A DNA stretch of 64,000 bases from an uncultured delta proteobacterium (GCA_903911145.1 CAIWCD010000048.1:19984-83983); one strand, 5' to 3'; positions 14,426 to 27,161 are shown, numbered from the stretch's first letter. Numbers and translations are program-made. Notes: a model not told the origin generated them from the letters alone.

Positions 14426-15061
14426 TCAGCGAAACTGCCTGACGGTCAGCGGCGCTTCGATTCTCCACCTGCGGCCGTCCACTGTCGTGAGGTCGATCTC
14501 AATCGCCCAGTGTCGAGAGTAGCGCTGGCCGTTCCAGAAGCTGTTCACGCTCTGAGGCAGGTCGAAGCTCAACGTCGCACCCCGCCTCTGTCCGACCTCT
14601 TCAGGGATCTCCTGCCACTCCTTGACTTCGATCGCTGCGAATCGTTTCGCCGGGCTGCCCGTGTCTCCTTCGCGGTCGCGCTCCTCGAGAGTTGCCGTCA
14701 CGGTGGATCCGCCGAGCGGTGCGGGAAGAAGAACGGTGACTCGGATTTGTTCGCCAGCATCGACCTTCGCGCGCTCGATCCACGCTTCGAAACGACCGAG
14801 CCCCGCGGCGACGTTTCGCAGCCAGAGGATGCTGCGGGCGATCACCGCCGCAGAACAGAGCAGCGCCGCAATGATGGTCGTCCACCAACCGACGATGGCG
14901 AGCACGAACGTCGAGACGATCAGGAGCGAGATCCATGGTTGCAGCGGATCGATCGCATCGGCGCGCACCCAGCCGCGGGTTCGCGAGGGAAGCAGCAACG
15001 GCACGCTCGATAGTTGCCCCATCGCGACGGGGAACATCCGAGGTTGCGCATGGGAACGCAA
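14426..15061 (-). CDS. Hypothetical membrane protein (two predicted TM helices plus a soluble beta-rich C-terminal domain)
   Basis: ORF with GC3 bias. Hydrophobic stretches WISLLIVSTFVLAIVGWW and TTIIAALLCSAAVIA. No family recognised. Start uncertain, with several in-frame Met. Confidence 0.55.
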   Translation of the reverse strand: MRSHAQPRMFPVAMGQLSSVPLLLPSRTRGWVRADAIDPLQPWISLLIVSTFVLAIVGWWTTIIAALLCSAAVIARSILWLRNVAAGLGRFEAWIERAKVDAGEQIRVTVLLPAPLGGSTVTATLEERDREGDTGSPAKRFAAIEVKEWQEIPEEVGQRRGATLSFDLPQSVNSFWNGQRYSRHWAIEIDLTTVDGRRWRIEAPLTVRQFR

Positions 15062-15169
15062 GAAGAGTCACATGCGCCCGCAGGGCTTGTTTTGCCCGCT
15101 CGTAGGTCTGTCCGATTGGCCAACTGCACGGGCGGCGGCGCTGTCAAGCAGGGGCGGGAATCGGATGGC

Positions 15170-16000
15170 CTACATGCCAAGCGCGAACGCGACGATCTCG
15201 GCCCAAACCGACGGCCGCAGCCAGCTGCCGTCATGGTCACCGTCTGGCACCGTCACGAGGCGCGCGCCGACGATGCGATGCGAGACAGCGACGCCCATCT
15301 CATACGGAATCACCCGGTCGGCCGTGCCATGCACCACCAGCGTTGGCAGCCGCAGCTGCGTGGCCTTCGCTGCTGTCGCGAAGCGGTCGCGCGCCAGCAG
15401 CCGCACCGGCAGCCACGGGAACAGCCGCGCGCCGACATCGGGAATCGAGGTGTATGGCGAGACGAGTACGAGCCGTGCCCCGTGGCGGCGCGCTGCCATC
15501 TCCGCCGCCACGCCACTGCCGAGCGATCGGCCGACGAGCACCGTACGGTCTGCGGGAACACCGAGATCGTGTTGCAAGTACACTAAGGCTGCCTCGGCAG
15601 CGGCATAACAGCCATCCTCGGAGGGCGACTCGGCGTACGCAGGGCCGTACCCGGGGAACTCAACGACAAGGACACCCAGGCCCGCCGCGGCAAACGCATG
15701 CACCAGGTCGCCAACGCCAGCGAGGTCCTCCGCGTTTCCATGAAAGAGAACCACCACTGGCGCTCCTTCGGGCGGTGGCAGCCAAAGCGCCCAGGCCGGC
15801 GGCGCATCAGAGCGCGGCAGTGTGAGCAGCGTGGCGCCTTGAACCTGCACGGGCGTCGGCGGCGGGCGCGGAAAGATCAGGCCGCGCTGCGCGACGAAGA
15901 GGGTCGCACAAGCGAGGACATACAGGCAGGCGAGGCCGCCCGCGACGCCAGCGGTGATGCGCCGGGCGCCGGCAGCGAGCGGGTTCAGCGAGGCGTTCAT
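15170..16000 (-). CDS. Alpha/beta hydrolase (serine hydrolase, ABHD12/13-like by motif order)
   Basis: N-terminal TM anchor. HG oxyanion motif VVVLFHGNAED, nucleophile elbow GRSLGSG, later GTADRV and GDHDG complete a Ser-Asp-His order. Confidence 0.75.
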   Translation of the reverse strand: MNASLNPLAAGARRITAGVAGGLACLYVLACATLFVAQRGLIFPRPPPTPVQVQGATLLTLPRSDAPPAWALWLPPPEGAPVVVLFHGNAEDLAGVGDLVHAFAAAGLGVLVVEFPGYGPAYAESPSEDGCYAAAEAALVYLQHDLGVPADRTVLVGRSLGSGVAAEMAARRHGARLVLVSPYTSIPDVGARLFPWLPVRLLARDRFATAAKATQLRLPTLVVHGTADRVIPYEMGVAVSHRIVGARLVTVPDGDHDGSWLRPSVWAEIVAFALGM

Positions 16001-16149
16001 GCCAGAATGTTACGGGCTGCGCCTGCGGCGATTTCAGACGCGCCGCAAGGTTCCGCGGAACTCGCGCGATGAGGCAAGCGTCCAGCCCGCGGCGTCCCTA
16101 TACCGAGGGCACGCGCCCTCTTTGACGCGCACTGCTCAAGAGGTCCGCC

Positions 16150-17160
16150 ATGAAGACTCAGCCTGCAAAGATCGTCATCGTCGTCACCAGCCACGACACG
16201 CTCGGGAAGACCGGAGAGAAGACCGGCTACAACCTCGAGGAGCTTGCCGTGCCGTATCTCGAGTTCAAGAAGTCCGGCGCGCAGGTCATCATCGCGTCGC
16301 CGCTCGGGGGAACGCCGCCCTGTGACCCGAAGAGCGCGAAGACGGAGAGCCCCGCGATCCAGGAGTTCCTCGAGGATCCCGAGGCGCATCGCCAACTCGA
16401 CAAGAGCGTCGCGCTTGCCGAGTTGGACCCGGACATCGACGTGCTCTTCTTCACGGGCGGTCACGGACCGATGTTCGATCTGGCCGAGTCGCCGCAAGCG
16501 GCCGACCTGATCGAGCAGGTCTGGCGCGACGGAGGCATCGTCGCCGCGCTCTGCCACGGGCCTGCCGCGCTCGTGAACGCGCAGGATCTTCAAGGCCGGC
16601 CGATCGTGCAGGGCAAGCGGATGACCTCGTTCACCAACGCCGAGGAGCAGGCGATCGGGCTGGCGACGGAAATGCCGTTTCTCCTCGAGACGCGGCTGCG
16701 CAAGCTGGGCGCGAGGTTCGAGTGCGCGGCTCCGTTCATCGGGCACGCGGTGCGCGACGGGCGGCTCGTAACGGGACAGAATCCTGCCTCCGCGAAGGCG
16801 GTCGCGCAGCTCTGCCTGCGGGACATCGAACTGCGCGCGCCGGGCGAGACGCTTGGCGAGTCGGTTGCCGAAATGCAGAGCGTGGACGCCGCGGAGGAAG
16901 AGGTGCTGCGGGTTGCTGAAGGCGCGGAGCCCGACGCAGAGTTGCCGCCGGAGTTGGTGAATGACCCGCGCGCAGTCAAGGACGAGGGAGAGATGAGCAC
17001 CACGACGCCGGCGGCCCGCAAGTCGGCAGCGGGCAAGAGCGGCGGAGTGAAGACCTCGCCGGGCAAGCGGGCACATAGCAAGCCGCCGACGGAGAAGAAG
17101 CCGCTGCTTGACGGCAAGGGCAAGCACGATGGCAAGCCGCACACGCCGAACGCGAAGTAG
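16150..17160 (+). CDS. DJ-1/PfpI (type 1 glutamine amidotransferase-like, Hsp31-type) protein with ~100-aa disordered Lys-rich tail
   Basis: KIVIVVTSHD...DVLFFTGGHGPMFDL...GGIVAALCHGPAALV has the nucleophile-elbow Cys-His of the DJ-1/ThiJ/PfpI fold. C-terminus is KSAAGKSGGVKTSPGKRAHSKPPTEKKPLLDGKGKHDGKPHTPNAK. Confidence 0.8.
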   Translation: MKTQPAKIVIVVTSHDTLGKTGEKTGYNLEELAVPYLEFKKSGAQVIIASPLGGTPPCDPKSAKTESPAIQEFLEDPEAHRQLDKSVALAELDPDIDVLFFTGGHGPMFDLAESPQAADLIEQVWRDGGIVAALCHGPAALVNAQDLQGRPIVQGKRMTSFTNAEEQAIGLATEMPFLLETRLRKLGARFECAAPFIGHAVRDGRLVTGQNPASAKAVAQLCLRDIELRAPGETLGESVAEMQSVDAAEEEVLRVAEGAEPDAELPPELVNDPRAVKDEGEMSTTTPAARKSAAGKSGGVKTSPGKRAHSKPPTEKKPLLDGKGKHDGKPHTPNAK

Positions 17161-17288
17161 TCGCGCGGCGCCAGGTGCGTGACATCTCTGAGGGGCGCGC
17201 ATTTTCTGCGTGCCCGTCGGGTGACAGTGGTCCACTGTTCCGGCGCGATCGCGGCCGCATCTCCGGCCCATCTCCTCGGAGTTCACGC

Positions 17289-17906
17289 ATGGGCCTGTCG
17301 TCCTCGAAGCAGTTGTCCCCGCTCTCGAACGTCTCTTCGCGCGCAAGCGGAGCAGCTGGAGCATTCCTCGCGTCCGTCGTCGCGGCGCTCCTCGTCGCGG
17401 CCTGCGGGGGAAGTACAGACGGCGGCAACGGCGGAGGATCCGCAGGAGGCTCGGCCGGAGGAGCAGGAGGAGGCAGCGCGGGAGGCGCTGCAGGCGGCAG
17501 CGGAGGCGGCGCTGCAGGCGGCAGCGGAGGCGGCTCTGCAGGCGGCAGCGCGGGCGGCTCAGGCGGCGGCAGCGGACAGACTACAGTCAACGGCTGCTCG
17601 AGCTACGTCGACCACACGGCGAGCAATGACTCGCGCACAGTGACGTTCACATTCCCCGCCTACACCCCGCCCTGCATGCTCGTCTCGGCCGGACAGTCAG
17701 TCACGTTCTCCGGGAACTTCTCCTTCCATCCGCTCACTCCCGGAACCGCGCCCTCGTCGAGCGGAGCCGGCTCCAGCAACAACCCGATCAGCCTCACCAG
17801 CTCCGGCTCAACCGCGTCGTTCACATTCCCCACTGCAGGCACTTACCCGTACTACTGCGGCAACCACGAAGGCAGCGGGATGTTCGGCTCGATCAGGGTC
17901 CAGTAG
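17289..17906 (+). CDS. Cupredoxin (plastocyanin-type blue copper) lipoprotein with Gly/Ser tether
   Basis: Start moved to ATG 17289. Signal and lipobox are AALLVAAC. A 58-aa GGS-type spacer follows. The C-terminal domain carries FSFHPL...YPYYCGNHEGSGMFGSIRV, that is His...Cys-x2-His-x4-Met. Confidence 0.8.
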   Translation: MGLSSSKQLSPLSNVSSRASGAAGAFLASVVAALLVAACGGSTDGGNGGGSAGGSAGGAGGGSAGGAAGGSGGGAAGGSGGGSAGGSAGGSGGGSGQTTVNGCSSYVDHTASNDSRTVTFTFPAYTPPCMLVSAGQSVTFSGNFSFHPLTPGTAPSSSGAGSSNNPISLTSSGSTASFTFPTAGTYPYYCGNHEGSGMFGSIRVQ

Positions 17907-17964
17907 CTGTCCCGAGAAGTCGATTGCAGCGAGGAGCAACGCGCCCTCGCGGGGGGGCTGCTCT

Positions 17965-18003
17965 CCGAAACGAAACAAGGCGCCTCCCTCTTCGGGAAGC
18001 GCC
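17965..18003 (-). terminator. Intrinsic terminator after rpsG (hairpin also readable from the plus strand)
   Basis: Minus RNA is GGCGCUUCCC-GAAGA-GGGAGGCGCC, 10 bp with one G-U pair. The tail is UUGUUUCGUUUCGG, 50 nt after the rpsG stop. It sits where rpsG and the cupredoxin gene converge. Confidence 0.75.
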
Positions 18004-18054
18004 TCGTCTGCTTCGAGCCACACGCATCACGCGCGCAGATCGTTGGTGCTCAAA

Positions 18055-18525
18055 CTACCAGCGGTAGTGCGCGAACGCCTTGTTGGCTTCCGCCATCTTG
18101 TGCGTGTCTTCGCGCTTCTTGACCGCGTTGCCGCGGTTGTTGGCGGCGTCGATGAGCTCGCCCGCGAGCTTCTGGTCCATCGTCTTCTCGCCGCGCTCCT
18201 TCGAGTAGTCGATCAGCCAGCGCATCGCGAGGGCCTGCCGGCGGTCCTGGCGGACTTCGACGGGAACCTGGTAGGTCGCGCCACCGACGCGGCGGCTCTT
18301 GACCTCGAGCACCGGCTTCACGTTGTCGAGCGCCTTCTTGAAGATCTTCAACGGATCTTCGTTGGTGCGCTGCTGGACGAGGTCGAGCGCCTTGTAGCAG
18401 ACGGCTTCGGCGATCGACTTCTTGCCCTTGCGCATCATGTCGTTCATGAACTTCGCGAGGACGCGGTCCTGGAACTTCGGGTCCGGGGTGATCTTGCGCT
18501 TCGGTACTTCGCGGCGACGGGGCAT
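18055..18525 (-). CDS. rpsG: 30S ribosomal protein S7
   Basis: [28 protein letters not shown]...AFAHYRW is S7. Confidence 0.97.
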   Translation of the reverse strand: MPRRREVPKRKITPDPKFQDRVLAKFMNDMMRKGKKSIAEAVCYKALDLVQQRTNEDPLKIFKKALDNVKPVLEVKSRRVGGATYQVPVEVRQDRRQALAMRWLIDYSKERGEKTMDQKLAGELIDAANNRGNAVKKREDTHKMAEANKAFAHYRW

Positions 18526-18685
18526 CGTGAACTCTCAGGTGGGAACTGATTTGAAAGGCCCCGCGGCAGGTGGCCGACAAGCGTGATGCGCCGCGAGGGG
18601 GGACGTGAATCTACGACCGACAGAAATTGACGAGGCCGCCACGAGGCGGCCCCGAGAAAGTCCAGCGTTTGAGACAGACGAGCGA

Positions 18686-19057
18686 TTAGCTCGGCCGCTT
18701 GGCGCCGTACTTCGAGCGGCTCTGCTTGCGGCCGGCAACGCCGACCGAGTCGAGAGTTCCGCGGATGATGTGGTAGCGGACGCCCGGGAGGTCCTTCACG
18801 CGGCCTCCGCGAATCATGACGACCGAGTGCTCCTGGAGGTTGTGGCCGACGCCCGGAATGTAGCTCGTCACTTCCATCCCGTTGGTGAGGCGAACGCGCG
18901 CGACCTTGCGGAGCGCGGAGTTCGGCTTCTTCGGGGTGGTCGTGTAGACGCGGGTGCAGACACCGCGCTTCTGCGGGCAACGGGTCATCGCGGGCGCCTT
19001 GCCCTTGTAGATGACCTTGGTGCGGCCCTTACGGATGAGTTGGCTGATCGTCGGCAT
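18686..19057 (-). CDS. rpsL: 30S ribosomal protein S12
   Basis: [15 protein letters not shown]...[21 protein letters not shown] is S12. Confidence 0.98.
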   Translation of the reverse strand: MPTISQLIRKGRTKVIYKGKAPAMTRCPQKRGVCTRVYTTTPKKPNSALRKVARVRLTNGMEVTSYIPGVGHNLQEHSVVMIRGGRVKDLPGVRYHIIRGTLDSVGVAGRKQSRSKYGAKRPS

Positions 19058-19103
19058 TGCTGTTGAGGCCTTTCACTGCGCTCACGGGGAGCGAGGGGCG
19101 CGC

Positions 19104-19131
19104 ATAATACGGATCGGCGTTCGGGTGTCAA
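19104..19131 (-). promoter_or_regulatory. Near-consensus sigma70 promoter of rpsL-rpsG (TTGACA-N16-TATTAT)
   Basis: Minus strand reads GCTTGACA CCCGAACGCCGATCCG TATTAT GCG. The -10 lies about 47 nt upstream of the rpsL ATG. Confidence 0.7.
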
Positions 19132-19252
19132 GCGGCGACTTGGTGCGGCGGGCGAATCGTCCGCGCGCTGGATGCAGCGCGCGGTGGGACTCGGCGGCAC
19201 GCGCGCGTCGTTTGTCGTCTGGGAACCTCGCGCGAACACTTCGCGTGCGGGT

Positions 19253-20647
19253 CTAGTTGTGGCAGCCCCCGGTCGGCACGCAGACCTGCCCGAGTTCGAA
19301 GCAGCAGGTGTAGCCGGTGCGGCAACTCGACGACGAACAGTTCGCCAGGCACTCGTCGTAGTACTCAGCGTTGTCACTCTGGATGTTCACATCCACGGAG
19401 GTGCAGGTCGATCCGGTCGGGCATGGAGCACTGTGCGCGCACGAGTCCATGCAGTAGCCGCCAGGCCAGACGAGGCTGTCGCCAGCAGTCCCTCCCGTCT
19501 GGCAGATGCCTGCGCACGTGTGGTCGTTGGCGCAGGGCGCCCCCACTGGCGCCGGAGGAGCGCAGCCAGCTGCGATGCATGAAGAGACGAGGCACGCGTT
19601 CACCGCGCTGATGGCGTTCGCGCAATCGCCGAGGGGAATGCAGTCGCGCGCTGCATCCGCCGGACAGGTGGGGTCAGAGGGGAACAAGCAGGCGCTGTCT
19701 GCGCTGCAGCTGCTCTGCGCCGCGGTCACCAGCGAGACACAGTCACCACCTCCGGTCTGGGCGGTCTGCTCGCAGGTCTCGCAGTTGAATCGATTGTAGG
19801 CGGCACCGGGTAGACCTTCACAGGTCTGCGCGTTCAATCCCTGCACCGCCCCGATCGGCGCGGATGCGGTGAGCGAATGAGAGTGGAAGCTGACGCTCGC
19901 AGGGGTGCTGGTCGCGGGGATCTCGAATGCGACCATGCAGGCACGCTGCGCGCCCGACGAGACCGTGACTCCAGTGGCGCAGCCGTCAGGGCTGTTGGAG
20001 GACTCGCTGGTCGCCGCGTAGGCGGTCTGATCTGCCGTGACGAGGGAGTAGACGGTCGGGTCCGCCAGGACCGGCGTCGAGAGTGACTGGTTCGCAACGA
20101 CGACGCGCACGACGACGAAGACGTCGCCCAATGCCGGAAGGAGCGTGGTGATCGCGGTCGAGAGCTTGGCTCCCGCGACCGAGAACGTGAAGCCAGGAGA
20201 CGAACTCCCTCCGCCTGAGCCGCCACCAGAGCCGCCCGCGCTGCCTCCAGCTGTTCCGCCTGCAGAGCCGCCTGCGCTGCCACCGGCCGAGCCGCCACCG
20301 GATCCGCCCGCGCTGCCACCGGCCGAGCCGCCACCAGATCCGCCCGCGCTCCCTCCGGCTGAGCCGCCTCCAGAACCACCGGCGCTGCCGCCTGCGGAAC
20401 CGCCCCCCGAGCCGTTGCACGTCTGTCCACTCGACTGGACCTGACCGGCGCTGACGCAGAGGAACTGAAGCCCGCTCACACAGGCAGTCTGTCCGCAGGC
20501 AATGTCGAAGGTGTTCGCTCCTGTGGTGGCCGAGCAGCGGCACGGGTCGCTGCTGCATCCTGCGGTGGAGAGGAGCGCCACGAGCGCAAACCCGGCGAGA
20601 AGCATCAGGGACTGTCGCGGCAGACCGGCCAGAGGTGAAACAGACAT
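19253..20647 (-). CDS. Cys-rich lipoprotein with Gly/Ser spacer and Ig-like (DUF4352-like, tentative) middle domain
   Basis: Start set to ATG 20647, with a GAGGAG SD 8 nt upstream. Signal and lipobox are LMLLAGFALVALLSTAGC. About 70 aa of GGSAGGS repeats. The C-terminal ~190 aa contains more than 30 Cys. Confidence 0.7.
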   Translation of the reverse strand: MSVSPLAGLPRQSLMLLAGFALVALLSTAGCSSDPCRCSATTGANTFDIACGQTACVSGLQFLCVSAGQVQSSGQTCNGSGGGSAGGSAGGSGGGSAGGSAGGSGGGSAGGSAGGSGGGSAGGSAGGSAGGTAGGSAGGSGGGSGGGSSSPGFTFSVAGAKLSTAITTLLPALGDVFVVVRVVVANQSLSTPVLADPTVYSLVTADQTAYAATSESSNSPDGCATGVTVSSGAQRACMVAFEIPATSTPASVSFHSHSLTASAPIGAVQGLNAQTCEGLPGAAYNRFNCETCEQTAQTGGGDCVSLVTAAQSSCSADSACLFPSDPTCPADAARDCIPLGDCANAISAVNACLVSSCIAAGCAPPAPVGAPCANDHTCAGICQTGGTAGDSLVWPGGYCMDSCAHSAPCPTGSTCTSVDVNIQSDNAEYYDECLANCSSSSCRTGYTCCFELGQVCVPTGGCHN

Positions 20648-20772
20648 TTGGCTGCTCCTCACGTCACGGCGTCGGCAAGAGGCGGCGTGCTTTTATCACA
20701 ACTAAGGAGTGCAGCCGCCAACGCGTGGGAAGCAACTCCGTACGGCCGGCGGCGACGGAGATGTTCCAGCCA

Positions 20773-21282
20773 TCAGAAGTAGATGTGCCCTTGATTGGGC
20801 TTGAGCAGCAGCCCGATCAGGAGCGATCCGACGACAAGCGATCCCACGGCGCCCAGGCTGGCGGCGAGCGCGATGGTGCGGCCGACGTGGAACTTCGAGG
20901 TCTCGACGTGCTCGATGGCGGCGAGCGGAACCTCGAGATGCGTTCCGTCATCGAGCTCTCCTGCGAACGCCTGCGCGTCGACGCGGGCGGCGAGAAGCTC
21001 GCTGTCGCCGAGGGGGCCAGCCGCGCTGGCGATGCGCAGGTGCGTGTCGGGATCGAAGTCGAACCACTCTCCGCTGGTGTCTTGCAGCCGCACGATGCCG
21101 GGCGCGAGCAGGTGCGTGCGCAGGACGCGGACGCCGTTCTCCTCGGCATGCACGAGCGGAGCTTCGACAATGTGCGAAGGCGAGTAGCCGTCGAGTTTGC
21201 GCAGCTCGTCGGGCCGCAGGTTGTGGCGCGATGAGCAGGCAGCGCTGAAGCAGAGGAGGACGACGAGGGCGGTCTTGCGCAT
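20773..21282 (-). CDS. Hypothetical lipoprotein with C-terminal TM helix
   Basis: MRKTALVVLLCFSAACSS is a lipobox signal. C-terminus AASLGAVGSLVVGSLLIGLLL is hydrophobic. No family recognised. Confidence 0.6.
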   Translation of the reverse strand: MRKTALVVLLCFSAACSSRHNLRPDELRKLDGYSPSHIVEAPLVHAEENGVRVLRTHLLAPGIVRLQDTSGEWFDFDPDTHLRIASAAGPLGDSELLAARVDAQAFAGELDDGTHLEVPLAAIEHVETSKFHVGRTIALAASLGAVGSLVVGSLLIGLLLKPNQGHIYF

Positions 21283-21520
21283 GGGAGGCTCGCAGGAAGA
21301 GTTGATCGTGCGAGCAGGTGGACTCTCACGCAGCCGCGTTGTGACTCGCAGCCGCTCTCGGCGCGCTGCTCACGGCGCCGCTCACTCCCGAACACGGTCT
21401 GCCCCTCGCATGTCAGCAGATCCACTTCTCCAGGCCTGCGGGTCGCCAGAACGCGCCAGCGTGCGGACGCAAAGCCATCTGCTCCCAGGGGAGCGCCTGC
21501 TGCGACTTACTCGCTCCCAC

Positions 21521-21567
21521 GCAAAACGAAAGCGGCAGGCCCGCGAGCTGTTCGCGAACCTGCCGCT
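21521..21567 (-). terminator. Intrinsic terminator after the collagen-RCC1 gene
   Basis: Minus RNA is AGCGGCAGG...CCUGCCGCU, a 9-bp perfect stem with an inner CGCGA/UCGCG stem. It is followed by UUCGUUUUGC, 43 nt after the stop. Confidence 0.8.
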
Positions 21568-21609
21568 TTGACATCAGGCAGCTCTTCTGATCAGCCGCGG
21601 AGCAGATCG

Positions 21610-25331
<3,722 letters not shown>

Positions 25332-25430
25332 GCGTTTGCTCCTGCTGGGGTTCACGAAGAACAGCTCGTCAACCAGAGGATTTGGGGCGGCCACGACAAT
25401 CCGTCACAGCAAGTATCAGCGCAATGAGGG

Positions 25431-26060
25431 CTACGGGCCGACCTCCTCGATGGAGAGGATCTTGTGCGAGTAGAGCCCGACCCGCACGCGCGTGCGTCGC
25501 GAGCCGTCTTCCAGGGTTGCGTTGAGCACGCCGCCCTCCACGCTCGAGCTGCGCGACCCGTCTTCGCCAACATGATGCGTGGCCTCTTCCGCCAGCTTCA
25601 TCGCGGCGTCCCGATCGAGCGCAGCACTCTCTCCGCGCAGGACGGTGACGTGCTCGGCATCGTAGTCGCCTTCGATGATCCATGTCGCGCCGAGCCCCGC
25701 CCCTTCGAGATGGAGAGACGCGCCCGAAACGCTCTGGTCCAGTCCTGGCGCGGTCGAACCGATCTTCTCGACGTGGAAATTCCAGACGCCGACAACGCCG
25801 AGCGCGGGATCCTTGAACTGCTTGTGCGTGCGCCCGACGAGCGCGATCGAAATCCCGAAGGCCTGCACAGGGGCCGAGGAGGCCAGCGAGAGTTCGACCG
25901 ATTCACGAGGAGGAATCACGGGCGCTCCGGTGGTTTGCGGCAGCGTGGCAATCGGCGCGGGGGCATGTGCGGCAGAGGGAACTGAAGCAGACGTGCAGCA
26001 GGCGCACGCGAGAATGCTCATCGCGAGCGGGCGAATCAACGACGTGAAGGTGATCCGCAT
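25431..26060 (-). CDS. Hypothetical exported protein
   Basis: Signal-like N-terminus MRITFTSLIRPLAMSILACACC. No family recognised. 24 nt downstream of the preceding gene. Confidence 0.55.
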   Translation of the reverse strand: MRITFTSLIRPLAMSILACACCTSASVPSAAHAPAPIATLPQTTGAPVIPPRESVELSLASSAPVQAFGISIALVGRTHKQFKDPALGVVGVWNFHVEKIGSTAPGLDQSVSGASLHLEGAGLGATWIIEGDYDAEHVTVLRGESAALDRDAAMKLAEEATHHVGEDGSRSSSVEGGVLNATLEDGSRRTRVRVGLYSHKILSIEEVGP

Positions 26061-26084
26061 TCGTCCCCCGATCAGGCCGGATGA

Positions 26085-27161
26085 TTACTCGCGCAGCAGC
26101 ACCGACAGTAGCGCGAACTCACTGCGCAGCGCGGATACATTCGGATCCGTCGCTGGCGCTGGGATATCCGGAGCGGCTGGAAATGCGAGCCAGGGTGCAA
26201 GGGGCGGCAGGAGCGCGGCCTCCTCGTAACTATAGAGATGCAACCGCGTCGGCGATATCCCTGCGGCGACAGCAGCGGATATATCAGCCGATAGTTCGGC
26301 CGGCGTCTCATATCCCTTTGCGCCCGATACCGGGTCGTCCCCAATCACGCCGAAATCAGCCCCCGCGTTCGCGCCAAAATGCGCGACCGCATCGACGGCA
26401 TAGCTATAGATCAGGTCATTGCTCAACGACTGTTCCGCGAGCAACTGGAACGTCGAGCGATAGATCATGAAGCTCGTCTCGTCCCAATCGAGTCCGGCGA
26501 CGGGGATATCCAGCGCGTCCTGGAGAATCGAATCCCGGTTCTGATAGTCGTCCAATACCATCGGATAGGTCACGCAATGGGCCGCAAGCCCCGCGGCATG
26601 GACCTGATCGATGAGGGCTTCGAATCGCTGTTGGGAGACGAGGAATGCAGCGTGATCGACGTGATGCTTCATTAACGCGACCAGATCATTCACGCGCGTC
26701 GGGCGGCCGGTATTCGACGCGAGCGCGATGAACTGCTGCGTGTAGTCCCAGCCCGGCTCGATATCAAAGGTAATGGCCGTAACGGGCAGATTCTCGGTGC
26801 GAATCCACGCGAGCAGCTTCGTCAACTGGAGCGCATATTGATCGATATCCGCTTCATTCAGCCAATAGCCCTGATCCTTTGGCAAGACCAACCAGGCGCG
26901 CACGCCGACCTGCGCCTTCCCCGCCGCGCGAATCAGCGCCGCCAGCGCGGGCGAGCCGATATCAGACGAGGGCATGACCTGGAAGAGGTCGAGGTGATTG
27001 GCCGCGAGGTTGGTTAACGCGGGTTCAATAGAGGCATAGTCGGTGACTTCCGAATAGACGCCCGCGCGTGGAGTTCCGAGGAGGAGAGGATTGGGCGGCG
27101 GCGGCTTCGTATTCGTGCAGGCGAATATGCAGAGCAGTGCGATCGCGAGCGGGCGATTCAT
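26085..27161 (-). CDS. Hypothetical lipoprotein, possibly TIM-barrel glycoside-hydrolase-like (tentative)
   Basis: Start set to ATG 27161 (MNRPLAIALLCIFAC, lipobox). Motifs WLVLPKDQGYWLNE and AITFDIEPGWDY resemble GH-like barrels. Visibly lower GC and more A/T-ending codons than its neighbours. Confidence 0.5.
   Translation of the reverse strand: MNRPLAIALLCIFACTNTKPPPPNPLLLGTPRAGVYSEVTDYASIEPALTNLAANHLDLFQVMPSSDIGSPALAALIRAAGKAQVGVRAWLVLPKDQGYWLNEADIDQYALQLTKLLAWIRTENLPVTAITFDIEPGWDYTQQFIALASNTGRPTRVNDLVALMKHHVDHAAFLVSQQRFEALIDQVHAAGLAAHCVTYPMVLDDYQNRDSILQDALDIPVAGLDWDETSFMIYRSTFQLLAEQSLSNDLIYSYAVDAVAHFGANAGADFGVIGDDPVSGAKGYETPAELSADISAAVAAGISPTRLHLYSYEEAALLPPLAPWLAFPAAPDIPAPATDPNVSALRSEFALLSVLLRE

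Noticed and set aside
19161-19184. Perfect 10-bp GC hairpin CCGCGCGCUG-CAUC-CAGCGCGCGG between the last island gene and the rpsL promoter, considered as a terminator
   Set aside because: No U-tract follows it, so it is not called as an intrinsic terminator. It could still act as a stabiliser or a Rho-dependent pause site.
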